Source: Pyrinomonadaceae bacterium
Lineage (GTDB): Bacteria; Acidobacteriota; Blastocatellia; Pyrinomonadales; Pyrinomonadaceae
DNA length: 64,000 bases
Assembly: GCA_036392495.1 (NCBI GenBank)
Contig: DASVXV010000163.1
Coordinates: 2,951 to 66,950 of the forward strand
Reading direction: 5' to 3'
A program made the position numbers and the translations under genes. Shown here in pieces: positions 35,474 to 44,638 of this stretch. Position 1 is the stretch's first letter. Every line of letters begins with the position of its first letter. The notes beneath the pieces were generated by a model. The model was given only the letters and a program-made list of their open reading frames with translations. It did no database searches and was not told the DNA's origin.

Positions 35474-36535
35474 ATGTCAGCCAACACCACAGATACAGTC
35501 ACAGAGAACGCCCAGGCGCCGGCGGCCGAACAACCCGGCGTGCCGAAGAAGATCACGAACGCGCAGACGGTCTGCAACGTGAAGAACGAGAAGGGCAAGC
35601 TCTGCAACGGTCACCTGAAGCAGTTGGGGACCGGAGGCGAGCCCGCGGAGATTCACCTGCGCGGCGACGACGTGCTCTTCAAGTGCCAGTCGTGCGGCAC
35701 GCTCTACATGGGGCCGCCCCTGGGGCACGTGCGCGATCCCTACAAGCAGCAACGATTCGTCGAGAACGAACTCGCGGCGCTTCTACAGGCCGCGGGCGGG
35801 ACGCTTCCGGCGATTGTGAAGAACGAGCGCGGCGTCTTCGTGCTGGCCGAAGAGACGGCGCACCACGCGCCCGCCCCGAAGTCCGCGGCGGCGAAACCGG
35901 CAGCGGCTCCAGCAGCCGAGAAGAAAGAGGAAAGTACTGCTGCGGCCAAGCCCGCACCCGCAGAGGCGAAGCCCGCCGCAGCGCCCGCCGCACAGCTGGC
36001 TCCGTCGCAGACTTCGCTCGGACCGATTCCGGGGGCGGATGGTCCTGTGCCCGGTGAGACCTTCGAGCAGAAGCTCGTGCGTTTGAGGGCAGTCGTCGCT
36101 GAGGCCAAGCGGCGTAAAGAACTGTTCGGCGGAGGCGAAGCTGCGGCGGGCGCGGAGGCGAAGCCCGCTGGGCAAACACGCCCGACGGCCGCCTCAACTT
36201 CGGGCACGGATTCATCCGCGCAGGCGGACGCGCATCGTCCGGCGGCGGAAGCGCAGGCCGCTACGGGCCAGGCTTCGGCAGCGCCTTTGAGCCCCGCTGC
36301 GGCGACAGCCTCGCCCGCTGCCGGAGCGGAGACGCCCGCAGATTTAGCGCCCGATGCCGCCCCTGCCGCGAAGCAACCAGCGCGCAAGGCAACGCCCGGC
36401 GGTACACTCTACCGCGCCCCCTTCGACACGGGCCCAGTGCCTGGCGAGACTCACGAGCAGAAGATCGAAAGGCTGCGTGGCGTCGTCGCCGCCGCCAAAG
36501 AGCGCGCGGAAAGAGAAGGAAGATCGAAGGAATAG
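35474..36535 (+). CDS. hypothetical protein: N-terminal zinc-ribbon-like Cys pairs, Ala/Pro-rich low-complexity region, duplicated C-terminal helix motif
   Basis: CNVKNEKGKLCNGH...CQSCG. Internal repeat GPVPGETFEQKLVRLRAVVAEAKRR / GPVPGETHEQKIERLRGVVAAAKER. Confidence 0.6.
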   Translation: MSANTTDTVTENAQAPAAEQPGVPKKITNAQTVCNVKNEKGKLCNGHLKQLGTGGEPAEIHLRGDDVLFKCQSCGTLYMGPPLGHVRDPYKQQRFVENELAALLQAAGGTLPAIVKNERGVFVLAEETAHHAPAPKSAAAKPAAAPAAEKKEESTAAAKPAPAEAKPAAAPAAQLAPSQTSLGPIPGADGPVPGETFEQKLVRLRAVVAEAKRRKELFGGGEAAAGAEAKPAGQTRPTAASTSGTDSSAQADAHRPAAEAQAATGQASAAPLSPAAATASPAAGAETPADLAPDAAPAAKQPARKATPGGTLYRAPFDTGPVPGETHEQKIERLRGVVAAAKERAEREGRSKE

Positions 36536-36572
36536 TTCGATTGCGGAATGCGGATTTCGGATTGCGGATTTA
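36534..36572. repeat. solo heptad arm (GCGGATT/TCGGATT units); 23-bp perfect inverted partner at 38785-38807
   Basis: agttcgattgcggaatgcggatt (36534-36556) is the exact reverse complement of 38785-38807. Confidence 0.9.
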
Positions 36573-36584
36573 AGAAAGCGGGAG

Positions 36585-36886
36585 CATAAGGTTTCAGCCG
36601 TCGAAGACGGCGGCGGCATAAAGCCCCGTGCGCGAGCACGGGGGTTGAGCACCCCAACAAAAAGAGAAAGCCCGCGCCAGCGGGCGGCAGCATAAAGCCC
36701 AGGGCGTCAGCCCTGGGTAACAAGTCCCGGTTTGAGACGCCAGCCCGCGTGAGCGGGCGACGGCCCTTGAAACGCGAGCGGGTGTGCGCGGGCTGCCGCC
36801 CATTTCATGGGCTGAATATTCCTCACTGCCTGTAACCCAGGGCTGACGCCCTGGGCTTTATGCCGTCGCCCGCTGGCGCGGGCTGG
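36585..36886. repeat. cluster of REP-like two-hairpin units
   Basis: Units of the form GCCCGC-N4-GCGGGC ... ATAAAGCC ... CCCAGGG-N5-CCCTGGG (or CCCCGTGC..GCACGGGG). 36669-36722 and 36831-36884 are inverted copies (about 50 of 54 positions). Confidence 0.85.
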
Positions 36887-36889
36887 TGG

Positions 36890-38569
36890 CTACATTGCGC
36901 GTAGCCTCTTCAACATCTGCACGGCGTTTCCGTTTGATGGGTCCAGTTCGAGCGACTTCTCGTAGTTCTTGATCGCCAGCTCCTTCATCCCCTTGTTCAT
37001 GTAGGCTTCGCCCAGGCTGTCCCAGACGTTTGAGGATTGCGGGTAGGCTTCCGTGTTCAGCTTGAAGATTTCGATGGCCTGATCCAGGCGCTTCATCCCC
37101 ATCAGACGATAGCCGAAGCTGTTCATAGTGTTCTCGACGTTGACGTATGCGTTGGCCGGGTCGGCCTTGAACTCCCGAAAGCGTTTGGCCGCCTGCGCGA
37201 CATCATTCGCGTCGAGCGCTTCCATCAACTGTTCGGTCAGCTCTTTTTTCGGGCTGTAGGCGAAGATGGCTTTCAGCGCCGGGTCGTTGTTTGAAAAGTA
37301 GTCTGTGGAAGTCAACTCGGCCGCAACCTGCGGCCCTGTCCAGATGCGGCGGTCACGCGGGTCAAGGTTCTGCCACCAGAGGGTCGAGGCGCGCACGACC
37401 AGTCCGCTGTTCGGCAACTCGATGCGCGCCGGGTCGCCGTAGAAGTTGACGTTCTCGCCCGTCGGCTCACCGACAAAAATCGTGTTCGTATATTTCTCAA
37501 GCTCGTTGACCAGGTTCTGCGCGGCGGAGTAGGTGTAGCGGCTGATGATGGTGAAGAGTTTCCCGCGCACGTCCACCTTCGACTTGATCAGGCCGACGAC
37601 GAGCGGCTTGTTGAGATAGTTGTTCCCGCCCCCGTTCCAGCGCAGGTCCAGGATGAAGCGCTCGACCGGGTTCTTCTCCACGAAGTCGAAGAGGCGGTGG
37701 CTGAACTGCGCGACCGTCTCATTCTCTTTGTCGGCCACGCCGTTGAATTGAACATAGACTGTCTTTGAATCCGCCAGGTATTCGAACCAGAAGAGGTTGT
37801 CTGTGTCTTTGAGCCACAGCGGCGTCGGGGCACGGGCTGCGTCGCGCGCATCAACCCAGCCGTCCGGCTTGATGTAGCGGCGAGTGTGCCCGGCCGTCGG
37901 CGCTGGCCGCACGAACGGCTTCAGCTCGACCGTCACCTGCTTGCCATCTTTTTCGACGACATACGTTGCGCTCTCCATGTTCTCGACAATACCGACGGTG
38001 TTGAGTACTTCCGGCGAGACCAGGTACATCATGGCCGCGCCCTTGAGGCCGAACTCGTTCTGCTGGTCGTGGAAGACCAGACCCTTAATCTTATCGAAAG
38101 CCTCGGCCGCGCTCGCGTTCCCGATTTTCAGGACGCGCCCGCCGACCACATCAGCGTGTTCGCGTGCGGCGGCGGTGACGAACAATCCGTCCTTGAAGAA
38201 ATAGAGGGTCAGTGGATAGGAGCGAAATCCTATCTTCGGGTCGAAGAGCAGGCCGTTGATGCCCGTGTGCCCGTCCTGCACTAAAGCCACGATGCGCGCC
38301 AGCTCGACGATGATCTGGTGGCGCGCCAGCGTCGGAATCCGCTCCTCCAGGTTTTTGACCGCCGCGTCAAACTGCTCGCGCTTCGCCGTGTGAAATAGAT
38401 TCTTGTGGCGCTGAGGCATCTCCGCGGCCAGGTGGCGCAAATCCGCGCGCCACTTCTCTGCCTCCGCGCTACTCACGGCCGAGATGACGGACCGGTTGCT
38501 CTGCGCCAGAAGCGATTGGGCGGAAAGAAGCAGACAGAAGATTAGAAATAATCTGTTAATTTTTGACAT
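36890..38569 (-). CDS. S41-like peptidase domain protein with C-terminal TPR repeats, secreted
   Basis: ATG at 38569 after GAGGAG gives signal peptide MSKINRLFLIFCLLLSAQSLLAQ. S41/tricorn-C1-like core (LDLRWNGGGN, YTYSAAQ). TPR tail (WDSLGEAYMNKGMKELAIKNYEKSLELDP). Confidence 0.75.
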   Translation of the reverse strand: MSKINRLFLIFCLLLSAQSLLAQSNRSVISAVSSAEAEKWRADLRHLAAEMPQRHKNLFHTAKREQFDAAVKNLEERIPTLARHQIIVELARIVALVQDGHTGINGLLFDPKIGFRSYPLTLYFFKDGLFVTAAAREHADVVGGRVLKIGNASAAEAFDKIKGLVFHDQQNEFGLKGAAMMYLVSPEVLNTVGIVENMESATYVVEKDGKQVTVELKPFVRPAPTAGHTRRYIKPDGWVDARDAARAPTPLWLKDTDNLFWFEYLADSKTVYVQFNGVADKENETVAQFSHRLFDFVEKNPVERFILDLRWNGGGNNYLNKPLVVGLIKSKVDVRGKLFTIISRYTYSAAQNLVNELEKYTNTIFVGEPTGENVNFYGDPARIELPNSGLVVRASTLWWQNLDPRDRRIWTGPQVAAELTSTDYFSNNDPALKAIFAYSPKKELTEQLMEALDANDVAQAAKRFREFKADPANAYVNVENTMNSFGYRLMGMKRLDQAIEIFKLNTEAYPQSSNVWDSLGEAYMNKGMKELAIKNYEKSLELDPSNGNAVQMLKRLRAM

Positions 38570-38657
38570 CGTAACTTCTCCTCGAATGAGTATGATTATT
38601 GCGCTTTGCAATTGAATGCGCCTGCTGCGCGAGAATTGTAGGGGCAGAGACTGTCCC

Positions 38658-38807
38658 ATTTCGGATTTCGGATTTCGGAATGAAAGAACAGAAGGCAGAA
38701 GGCACAAGGCAGAAGGCAGTCAAGGCAAAACGCTCCTGGTTTTTACTGCCTACTGCTTTCTGCCTTCTGCCTTCTGCTTTTCTCAATCCGCATTCCGCAA
38801 TCGAACT
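38658..38807. repeat. nested hairpins: CAGAAGG-unit hairpin inside the loop of a GGATTTC/GCGGAAT-unit hairpin
   Basis: Outer arms 38658-38682 / 38785-38807 (imperfect). Inner arms 38683-38720 / 38745-38782 (about 31 of 37), with loop ...ctcctggttttt. Confidence 0.8.
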
Positions 38808-38879
38808 GCGATCCCTTTATCTAGAGAACACCGCGAAGATATTTTTTGTGACACTTATTTGCGGCAACGACTGCGGCGC

Positions 38880-39368
38880 TTAACTTTGCCCGGCCACCCA
38901 GTAATCCGGCCGCTCCTGCGTCTGTGGATCGTGTCTCTCCATCCAGCGCTCCGGGCGTTTCAATTCGACGAATCCGAACCGGCGGTAAAGCTCGTGCGCG
39001 TCTTTCGTCGCCAGAACCCAGCGTCGAAACCCTTGCAGTTGAGGATGCCTGATGATTGTTTCGACGAGCCACGTCCCCAACCCTCGGCCGCGAAATTCTT
39101 CGAGGACGAATACGTCAGCCAGCCAGGCAAAAGTTGCATAATCCGTGATGACGCGCGCGAACCCTATCTGGCGCTCGCCTTCGTAGAGACCGAAAGCCAG
39201 AGAATTCTCTACCGAGCGCCTGATTGTTTCCAGGCTCCTGCCCGTAGCCCAGTACGAGGAGTTGCTCAGGTAATCGCGAACTACGTCCAGGTCCAGCAGC
39301 GCCCTGTCCGTGCTGATCAGATAATCCCCGCGCCTGTATTCTTCCATCTTCACCCTCCAGCCATTCAT
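38880..39368 (-). CDS. GNAT family N-acetyltransferase
   Basis: FRGRGLGTWLVE motif. ATG at 39368 overlaps the upstream gene's stop as ATGA. Confidence 0.8.
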   Translation of the reverse strand: MNGWRVKMEEYRRGDYLISTDRALLDLDVVRDYLSNSSYWATGRSLETIRRSVENSLAFGLYEGERQIGFARVITDYATFAWLADVFVLEEFRGRGLGTWLVETIIRHPQLQGFRRWVLATKDAHELYRRFGFVELKRPERWMERHDPQTQERPDYWVAGQS

Positions 39369-40366
39369 CCGCGCCTTAGTCTTCTGAGCGCAATCACGCC
39401 GATGCCGGACATGATGCACACTCCGCCTACGAAAATTCGCCAGGTCAACTCTTCGCCGCGCACGATCATACCCAAACTGACGGCCAGCAGCGGAGTCACC
39501 AGCGCGATCAGCATCGTTTTCGTCACTTCCATGTGCCCCACGAGCCAGTAGTACAAAAGAAACGCCACCGAAGACCCGACGAGCGCGAGGTAGAAAAGCG
39601 AGAAGACGGCCAGAGGGGTCCAGTGCAATTCCAGCGGGTTGCCCTCGAAGACGATTCCGATGATGAGGAGCGGAACAAGGCCGAAGAGCATCTGCCCGGC
39701 GGCGAGCGTCGCGTAGTCCAGACGACTCCCGCGCGCCTTAATCAAGACGTTCGAATAGGCCGCTCCGAACGCGCCGATGACGATTGCCGCGCTCCCCTGA
39801 AACGCAGACGTTCCCCCGGTCTCTATCTGATTCGAGAAGATCAATGCAACTCCGGCAATGCCCAGGACGACCCCGACGAGCTTCGGCATCGTGATGCGCT
39901 CGGCCGGGAGATGTAAATGAGCGAGGATGAGGCCGAAGACCGGAATCATCGTCTGCAAGATCGCGGCGAGCCCGGAAGAGGTGTGCCTTTCGCCCCAGAA
40001 GAGCAGGCCGTAGTTGAGCGTAAAAGCCAGCAATCCAGTCCCGGCGATCAAGACCCAGTCGCGCGCGTCGCGCGGCAGTGGCCTGCGCCGTATGAAGACA
40101 ACGAGCGAGAGGATGGCGACGGCGATGACGAAGCGTATGCCCGCGAACGTGAACGGCGGCAAATCCTCCAGGCCGAGCTTGATGAAGAGCCAGGTGGAGC
40201 TCCAGATGAGCGCCAGAATCAACCAGACCAGCACGGGCAGTTTCGACCGATGCGTCGCGGCTAGGCGTCGCGGCAAGCTCTTCGCTGCCCGTGCGTTCGG
40301 CTGCGGCGCTCCCGAAGCATTCGCCCCCGTCGCCTCAAGCTGTTGTTCAGCGGTCTCTCTGGACAT
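39365..40366 (-). CDS. EamA/DMT family transporter
   Basis: About 10 TM segments arranged as two EamA repeats, 333 aa. Confidence 0.85.
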   Translation of the reverse strand: MSRETAEQQLEATGANASGAPQPNARAAKSLPRRLAATHRSKLPVLVWLILALIWSSTWLFIKLGLEDLPPFTFAGIRFVIAVAILSLVVFIRRRPLPRDARDWVLIAGTGLLAFTLNYGLLFWGERHTSSGLAAILQTMIPVFGLILAHLHLPAERITMPKLVGVVLGIAGVALIFSNQIETGGTSAFQGSAAIVIGAFGAAYSNVLIKARGSRLDYATLAAGQMLFGLVPLLIIGIVFEGNPLELHWTPLAVFSLFYLALVGSSVAFLLYYWLVGHMEVTKTMLIALVTPLLAVSLGMIVRGEELTWRIFVGGVCIMSGIGVIALRRLRRG

Positions 40367-40469
40367 CGAGCCATCATAAACCGCACGCGCGCTCTTTGCT
40401 AAACAGGGCCGGGGGCTTGATGACTGAAAGAGTTTCTCAGGCTTTTTCGGACCGCCCGCGTCGCCATTG

Positions 40470-40513
40470 TTAACACAGATTTCGCATCGAGTTCAGACCG
40501 ATTTAACACCCAT
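40470..40513 (+). promoter_or_regulatory. Pho-box-like array (four 11-bp phased units)
   Basis: ttaacacagat | ttcgcatcgag | ttcagaccgat | ttaacacccat. Each unit is a 7-nt TT-initiated repeat plus a 4-nt spacer. The array ends 55 bp before the pstS ATG. Confidence 0.55.
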
Positions 40514-40568
40514 CCCTTACGCTTTTGTGCTCTGAATCCTGATAAAAACCTCGAAGGAGGGTCTTCCA

Positions 40569-41651
40569 ATGTCCCCTTTGAAAACGCTCGCCCGCAACGC
40601 TCTTGCGCCCCTGATTGTGACGCTCACCGCTTTATCGTTCGGTTGCAGCGGCGGCTCAGGCGCGGGCGGCGCGGGCACGGTCCGTCTGAACGGCATGGGT
40701 GCGACCTTCCCAAATCCTCTCTATCAGAAGTGGATGAGCGAGTACGGCAAGCTCAACCCGAACGCGCAGATTGACTACAGCTCGCAAGGCTCCGGCGCGG
40801 GCATTCAGGGCATTTTGAAGCAGACGGTGGATTTCGGCGCGTCGGACGGACCGATGACCGACGCCGAATTAAAATCTGCCCCCGGAGAGATTCTACATAT
40901 CCCGACCGTCCTCGGCGCTGTCGTGCTGACCTACAAGCTGCCCGGCGTGACGCAAACCCTGCGCTTCTCGCCGGACGTGATCGCGGACATCTTTCTAGGC
41001 AAGATTAAGAAATGGAACGACGAGCGGATCAGGAAAGATAACGAGGGCATCAATCTTCCGGACGCGGACATCACTGTCGTCCACCGGTCCGACGGCAGCG
41101 GCACGTCCGACGTCTTCACGGACTACCTGTCGAAAGTCAGCTCCGAGTGGAAAGAGAAGGTCGGAAGGAACAAGTCGCCGCAGTGGCCGACAGGCATCGG
41201 CGGCAAGGGAAACGAAGGGGTCACGGGCCAGATTAAAAATACGCCGAACACCATCGGCTACGTCGAGCTGGCCTACGCCGTGCAGAACAAGCTGCCCGTC
41301 GCGCTCATCAAGAATAAAGCAGGCAACTTCGTCGAGCCGTCGCTGGACGCCGTCACGGCCGCCGCAGCCGAAACCGTCGGAAGCATCCAGGAAGACCTGC
41401 GCGCTTCGATAACGGACGCGGACGGGGCGAACGTCTATCCGGTTTCGAGCTACACCTACATCCTCGTCTACAAAGAGCAGAAGGACGAGGCCAAAGGCAA
41501 AGTGCTGGTTGATTATCTCTGGTGGGGCATTCACGACGGCGAGAAGTTCGCCAAGGACTTGCTGTACGCGCCGCTCCCGCCCGAGATAGTGAAACGCGCC
41601 GAAGCGAAGATCAACTCGATCACCTACGGCGGCAAGCCGCTAAGGAAATAA
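40569..41651 (+). CDS. pstS: phosphate ABC transporter substrate-binding protein
   Basis: Lipoprotein-like signal (LSFGCSG), GATFPNPLYQKW, SGTSDVFT motifs. Confidence 0.93.
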   Translation: MSPLKTLARNALAPLIVTLTALSFGCSGGSGAGGAGTVRLNGMGATFPNPLYQKWMSEYGKLNPNAQIDYSSQGSGAGIQGILKQTVDFGASDGPMTDAELKSAPGEILHIPTVLGAVVLTYKLPGVTQTLRFSPDVIADIFLGKIKKWNDERIRKDNEGINLPDADITVVHRSDGSGTSDVFTDYLSKVSSEWKEKVGRNKSPQWPTGIGGKGNEGVTGQIKNTPNTIGYVELAYAVQNKLPVALIKNKAGNFVEPSLDAVTAAAAETVGSIQEDLRASITDADGANVYPVSSYTYILVYKEQKDEAKGKVLVDYLWWGIHDGEKFAKDLLYAPLPPEIVKRAEAKINSITYGGKPLRK

Positions 41652-41751
41652 AAGTCTGGAGTCTGGAGTCTCGGAGTCTGGAGTCAAAGGCTGTAAAAAC
41701 AATCTGCTTTTGACCTCGGACTCCAGACTCCAGACTCCAGACTCCAGACTT
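41650..41751. repeat. heptad-stem hairpin, family B
   Basis: aaaagtctggagtctggagtctcggagtctggagtc / loop / cggactccagactccagactccagactccagactt, between pstS and pstC. Confidence 0.93.
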
Positions 41752-41755
41752 AAAA

Positions 41756-42769
41756 ATGGTGAGTCCTCAGCCTAAAGCTCCATCTCCCGCGGATGAATTT
41801 GGCGCGCGGGCGCGCGTCTGGAACTGGCGGGCTCTGCTCTCCCCGACGGGAAGCCGCGGCGATGCCATCTTTCGCATCCTGCTCTTTCTGGCCGCGCTCG
41901 TCCTGCTCCTTCTGGTCTCCTCAATGATCCTCGCGATGTGGGCTAACTCGCGCCCCTCGATTGATCGTTTCGGCTGGGAGTTCGTGTCCGGGCAAGCCTG
42001 GAACCCCGTCACGGAGGAGTTCGGCGCGCTGCCCTTCATCTACGGCACTCTGGTTTCGTCGCTCATCGCGCTCGTCATCGCCGTCCCGCTCTCGCTCGGC
42101 ATCGCTATCTTTCTGGTCGAGCAAGCCCCGCGCGCGTTGGCGCGCCCCGTTGCATTTCTGGTCGAGCTGCTGGCTTCGATTCCTTCGGTCGTCTACGGCC
42201 TCTGGGGCATCTTCGTGCTTGCGCCTCTGCTGCGTGAGCACGTCGAGCCGTTCCTGGCGCGCTATTTCGGCTGGCTTCCGCTCTTTCGCGGCACGCCGAC
42301 AGGCATAGGGCTCTTCACGGGCGGAATCATCCTCGCCATCATGATCACGCCGATCATCTCCGCGGTCGTGCGCGACGTGCTGGCCGCAGTGCCCGTCTCG
42401 CAGCGCGAGGCCGCGCTCGCTTTAGGCGCGACCCGCTGGGAGACGACGCGCGTCGTTCTGGCGAACGCTTCGTCCGGAATCGCCGGCGCGATCATTCTCG
42501 GCCTCGGGCGCGCTATCGGAGAGACGATGGCCGTGACGATGGTCATCGGCAATCGCCCCGAAATCAGCGCCTCGCTTTTCGACCCGTCCTACACCATCGC
42601 CTCCGTCATCGCCAACGAGTTTACGGAAGCGACCGACAAGCTTTACCTGAGCGCGCTCGTCGAGATCGGGTTGATTCTCTTTCTGGTGACTTTCATCGTC
42701 AACGGCGCGGCCAAGCTGCTCGTCTGGAGCGTGACGCGCGGGACGAGCGGGACAGCGAGGGCTGCGTGA
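41756..42769 (+). CDS. pstC: phosphate ABC transporter permease PstC
   Basis: EAALALGATRWET permease EAA motif, 6+ TM segments. Confidence 0.92.
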   Translation: MVSPQPKAPSPADEFGARARVWNWRALLSPTGSRGDAIFRILLFLAALVLLLLVSSMILAMWANSRPSIDRFGWEFVSGQAWNPVTEEFGALPFIYGTLVSSLIALVIAVPLSLGIAIFLVEQAPRALARPVAFLVELLASIPSVVYGLWGIFVLAPLLREHVEPFLARYFGWLPLFRGTPTGIGLFTGGIILAIMITPIISAVVRDVLAAVPVSQREAALALGATRWETTRVVLANASSGIAGAIILGLGRAIGETMAVTMVIGNRPEISASLFDPSYTIASVIANEFTEATDKLYLSALVEIGLILFLVTFIVNGAAKLLVWSVTRGTSGTARAA

Positions 42770-43611
42770 TGGAGATAGCGGCTCATCTCAACAATCGTCG
42801 GCGGCTGACGAATACCATCATGACGAGCCTGACGGCGCTGTGCGCCCTCATCGCCGTCACGGTCCTCTTAATCATTCTCGGCTACATAGCCTATCAAGGC
42901 ATCACTTCGATCAACTGGCAGTTCCTGACAGACACGCCGAAGCCCGTCGGCGAAGGCGGCGGCATCGGCCACGCGATTACGGGCACGCTGCTGCTGCTAC
43001 TGGTGGCCTCTCTGATCGGGATGCCCATCGGCATCGCCGCCGGAATCTATCTGGCGGAGTTCGGCACTGGCTGGTTCGCGGGTGCTGTCCGCTTCGTCGC
43101 GGACACCCTGACGGGCGTCCCTTCGATCATCGTCGGCGTCTTCGTCTATACGTTGATCGTGCTCCCGATGAAGCATTACTCCGGTCTCGCAGGGGCGATT
43201 GCGCTGGCCGTCGTGATGATCCCGATTGTGACGCGCACGACCGAAGAGATGATCCGGCTCGTCCCACATTCCCTGCGCGAAGGTGCGCTCGCGCTCGGCG
43301 CCCCGCAATGGAGAGTGACGCTCGGCGTGGTGCTCCCGGCGGCCAGCTCCGGAATCGCTACGGGGGCGATGCTGGCCGTCGCGCGCGTCTCCGGCGAGAC
43401 CGCGCCGCTTTTGTTCACGGCCTTCGGCAGCCGTTTTTTCAACATCTACATGGATCAGCCGATGGCCTCGTTGACCGTGCAGATTTACACCTACGCCATC
43501 TCGCCTTACGACGAATGGCACGCGCAGGCATGGGCCGCCACGCTCGTCCTGATGGCCCTGATCCTCGCGATAAATATCATCGTGCGTTTCTTTACGAGGA
43601 AGAAATTTTAG
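42766..43611 (+). CDS. pstA: phosphate ABC transporter permease PstA
   Basis: EGALALGAPQWRV EAA motif. 4-nt overlap with pstC. Confidence 0.92.
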   Translation: MMEIAAHLNNRRRLTNTIMTSLTALCALIAVTVLLIILGYIAYQGITSINWQFLTDTPKPVGEGGGIGHAITGTLLLLLVASLIGMPIGIAAGIYLAEFGTGWFAGAVRFVADTLTGVPSIIVGVFVYTLIVLPMKHYSGLAGAIALAVVMIPIVTRTTEEMIRLVPHSLREGALALGAPQWRVTLGVVLPAASSGIATGAMLAVARVSGETAPLLFTAFGSRFFNIYMDQPMASLTVQIYTYAISPYDEWHAQAWAATLVLMALILAINIIVRFFTRKKF

Positions 43612-43688
43612 TCGTGAATCGTAAATCGTGAATCGTAAATCGAACAAAGCTGGTTTTCTCTATTCACGATTTACGATTCACGATTCAC
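43612..43688. repeat. heptad-stem hairpin, family A
   Basis: tcgtgaatcgtaaatcgtgaatcgtaaatcg / aacaaagctggttttctct / attcacgatttacgattcacgattcac, between pstA and pstB. Confidence 0.9.
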
Positions 43689-43696
43689 TAGCTTTT

Positions 43697-44551
43697 ATGT
43701 CCGTGCTAACTCCAATGACTGTACCGAAGCCGCTTGTGCCCGAAGCGCCTGCTGAACAACTGAGCCCGCCGGAGCGAAAGCAACCGGCCGCCCCCGAGGT
43801 CAAGGTCAGCGTGCGCAACCTGAATTTTTTCTACGGTCATGTGCCCGCACTGCACAACATCTCGCTGAGCATCCCCGAACGCCTGGTGATGGCTTTCATC
43901 GGCCCATCCGGCTGCGGCAAATCAACGTTCCTGCGCACGCTCAACCGTATGAACGACACGATTCCGGGCGCGCGTGCCAAAGGAGAGGTTTTGATTGACG
44001 GGCACGACATCTATGCGCCGGGAACAGATGTGGTCGAGCTGCGCCGCAAGGTCGGGATGGTCTTCCAGAAGTCGAACCCGTTTCCGAAATCCATCTTCGA
44101 CAATGTCGCCTACGGGCTCCGCATCAACCGCATGGCGGCGAGCAAGGCGGACCTGAGCGAGCGCGTCGAGAAGGCCCTTTCCGACGCAGCCCTCTGGCCT
44201 GAAGTGAAGGACCGGCTGAAAACTTCCGCGCTCGGACTCTCCGGCGGTCAGCAGCAGCGCCTCTGCATCGCGCGGGCGCTCGCGGTCCGCCCGGAAGTCA
44301 TCCTGATGGACGAGCCGGCGTCGGCGCTCGACCCGATTGCGACGCAGAAGATCGAAGAGCTGATCGTCAAGCTGAAGAAGGATTACACCATCATCATCGT
44401 CACGCACAACATGCAGCAGGCCGCGCGCGTCTCGGACCAGACGGCTTTCTTCTGGCTCGGCAAGCTCGTCGAAGTCAACAGCACCGAGAAGATTTTCACG
44501 GCCCCGCACGAGAAGCTGACGGAGGATTACATCACGGGGAGGTTTGGATAA
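43697..44551 (+). CDS. pstB: phosphate ABC transporter ATP-binding protein
   Basis: GPSGCGKST Walker [10 protein letters not shown] signature, ILMDEP Walker B. Start placed at ATG 43697, downstream of the hairpin. Confidence 0.93.
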   Translation: MSVLTPMTVPKPLVPEAPAEQLSPPERKQPAAPEVKVSVRNLNFFYGHVPALHNISLSIPERLVMAFIGPSGCGKSTFLRTLNRMNDTIPGARAKGEVLIDGHDIYAPGTDVVELRRKVGMVFQKSNPFPKSIFDNVAYGLRINRMAASKADLSERVEKALSDAALWPEVKDRLKTSALGLSGGQQQRLCIARALAVRPEVILMDEPASALDPIATQKIEELIVKLKKDYTIIIVTHNMQQAARVSDQTAFFWLGKLVEVNSTEKIFTAPHEKLTEDYITGRFG

Positions 44552-44554
44552 GAA

Positions 44555-44634
44555 CAGTGGTCGGTGGTCGGTGGTCAGTAGTCAGTTAAAAACTGATTTC
44601 TCACTGACCACTGACCACCGACCACTGACCACTG
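44555..44634. repeat. heptad-stem hairpin (GTGGTCR units), 32-bp stem with 2 mismatches
   Basis: cagtggtcggtggtcggtggtcagtagtcagt / taaaaactgatttctc / actgaccactgaccaccgaccactgaccactg. Confidence 0.93.
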
Positions 44635-44638
44635 CTTT

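Noticed and set aside
36585-36886. CRISPR array, because CCCGCGCCAGCGGG...ATAAA resembles type I-E repeats
   Set aside because: Units are irregularly spaced, occur in both orientations, differ in sequence, and have no unique spacers of constant length. No cas genes are in the window.
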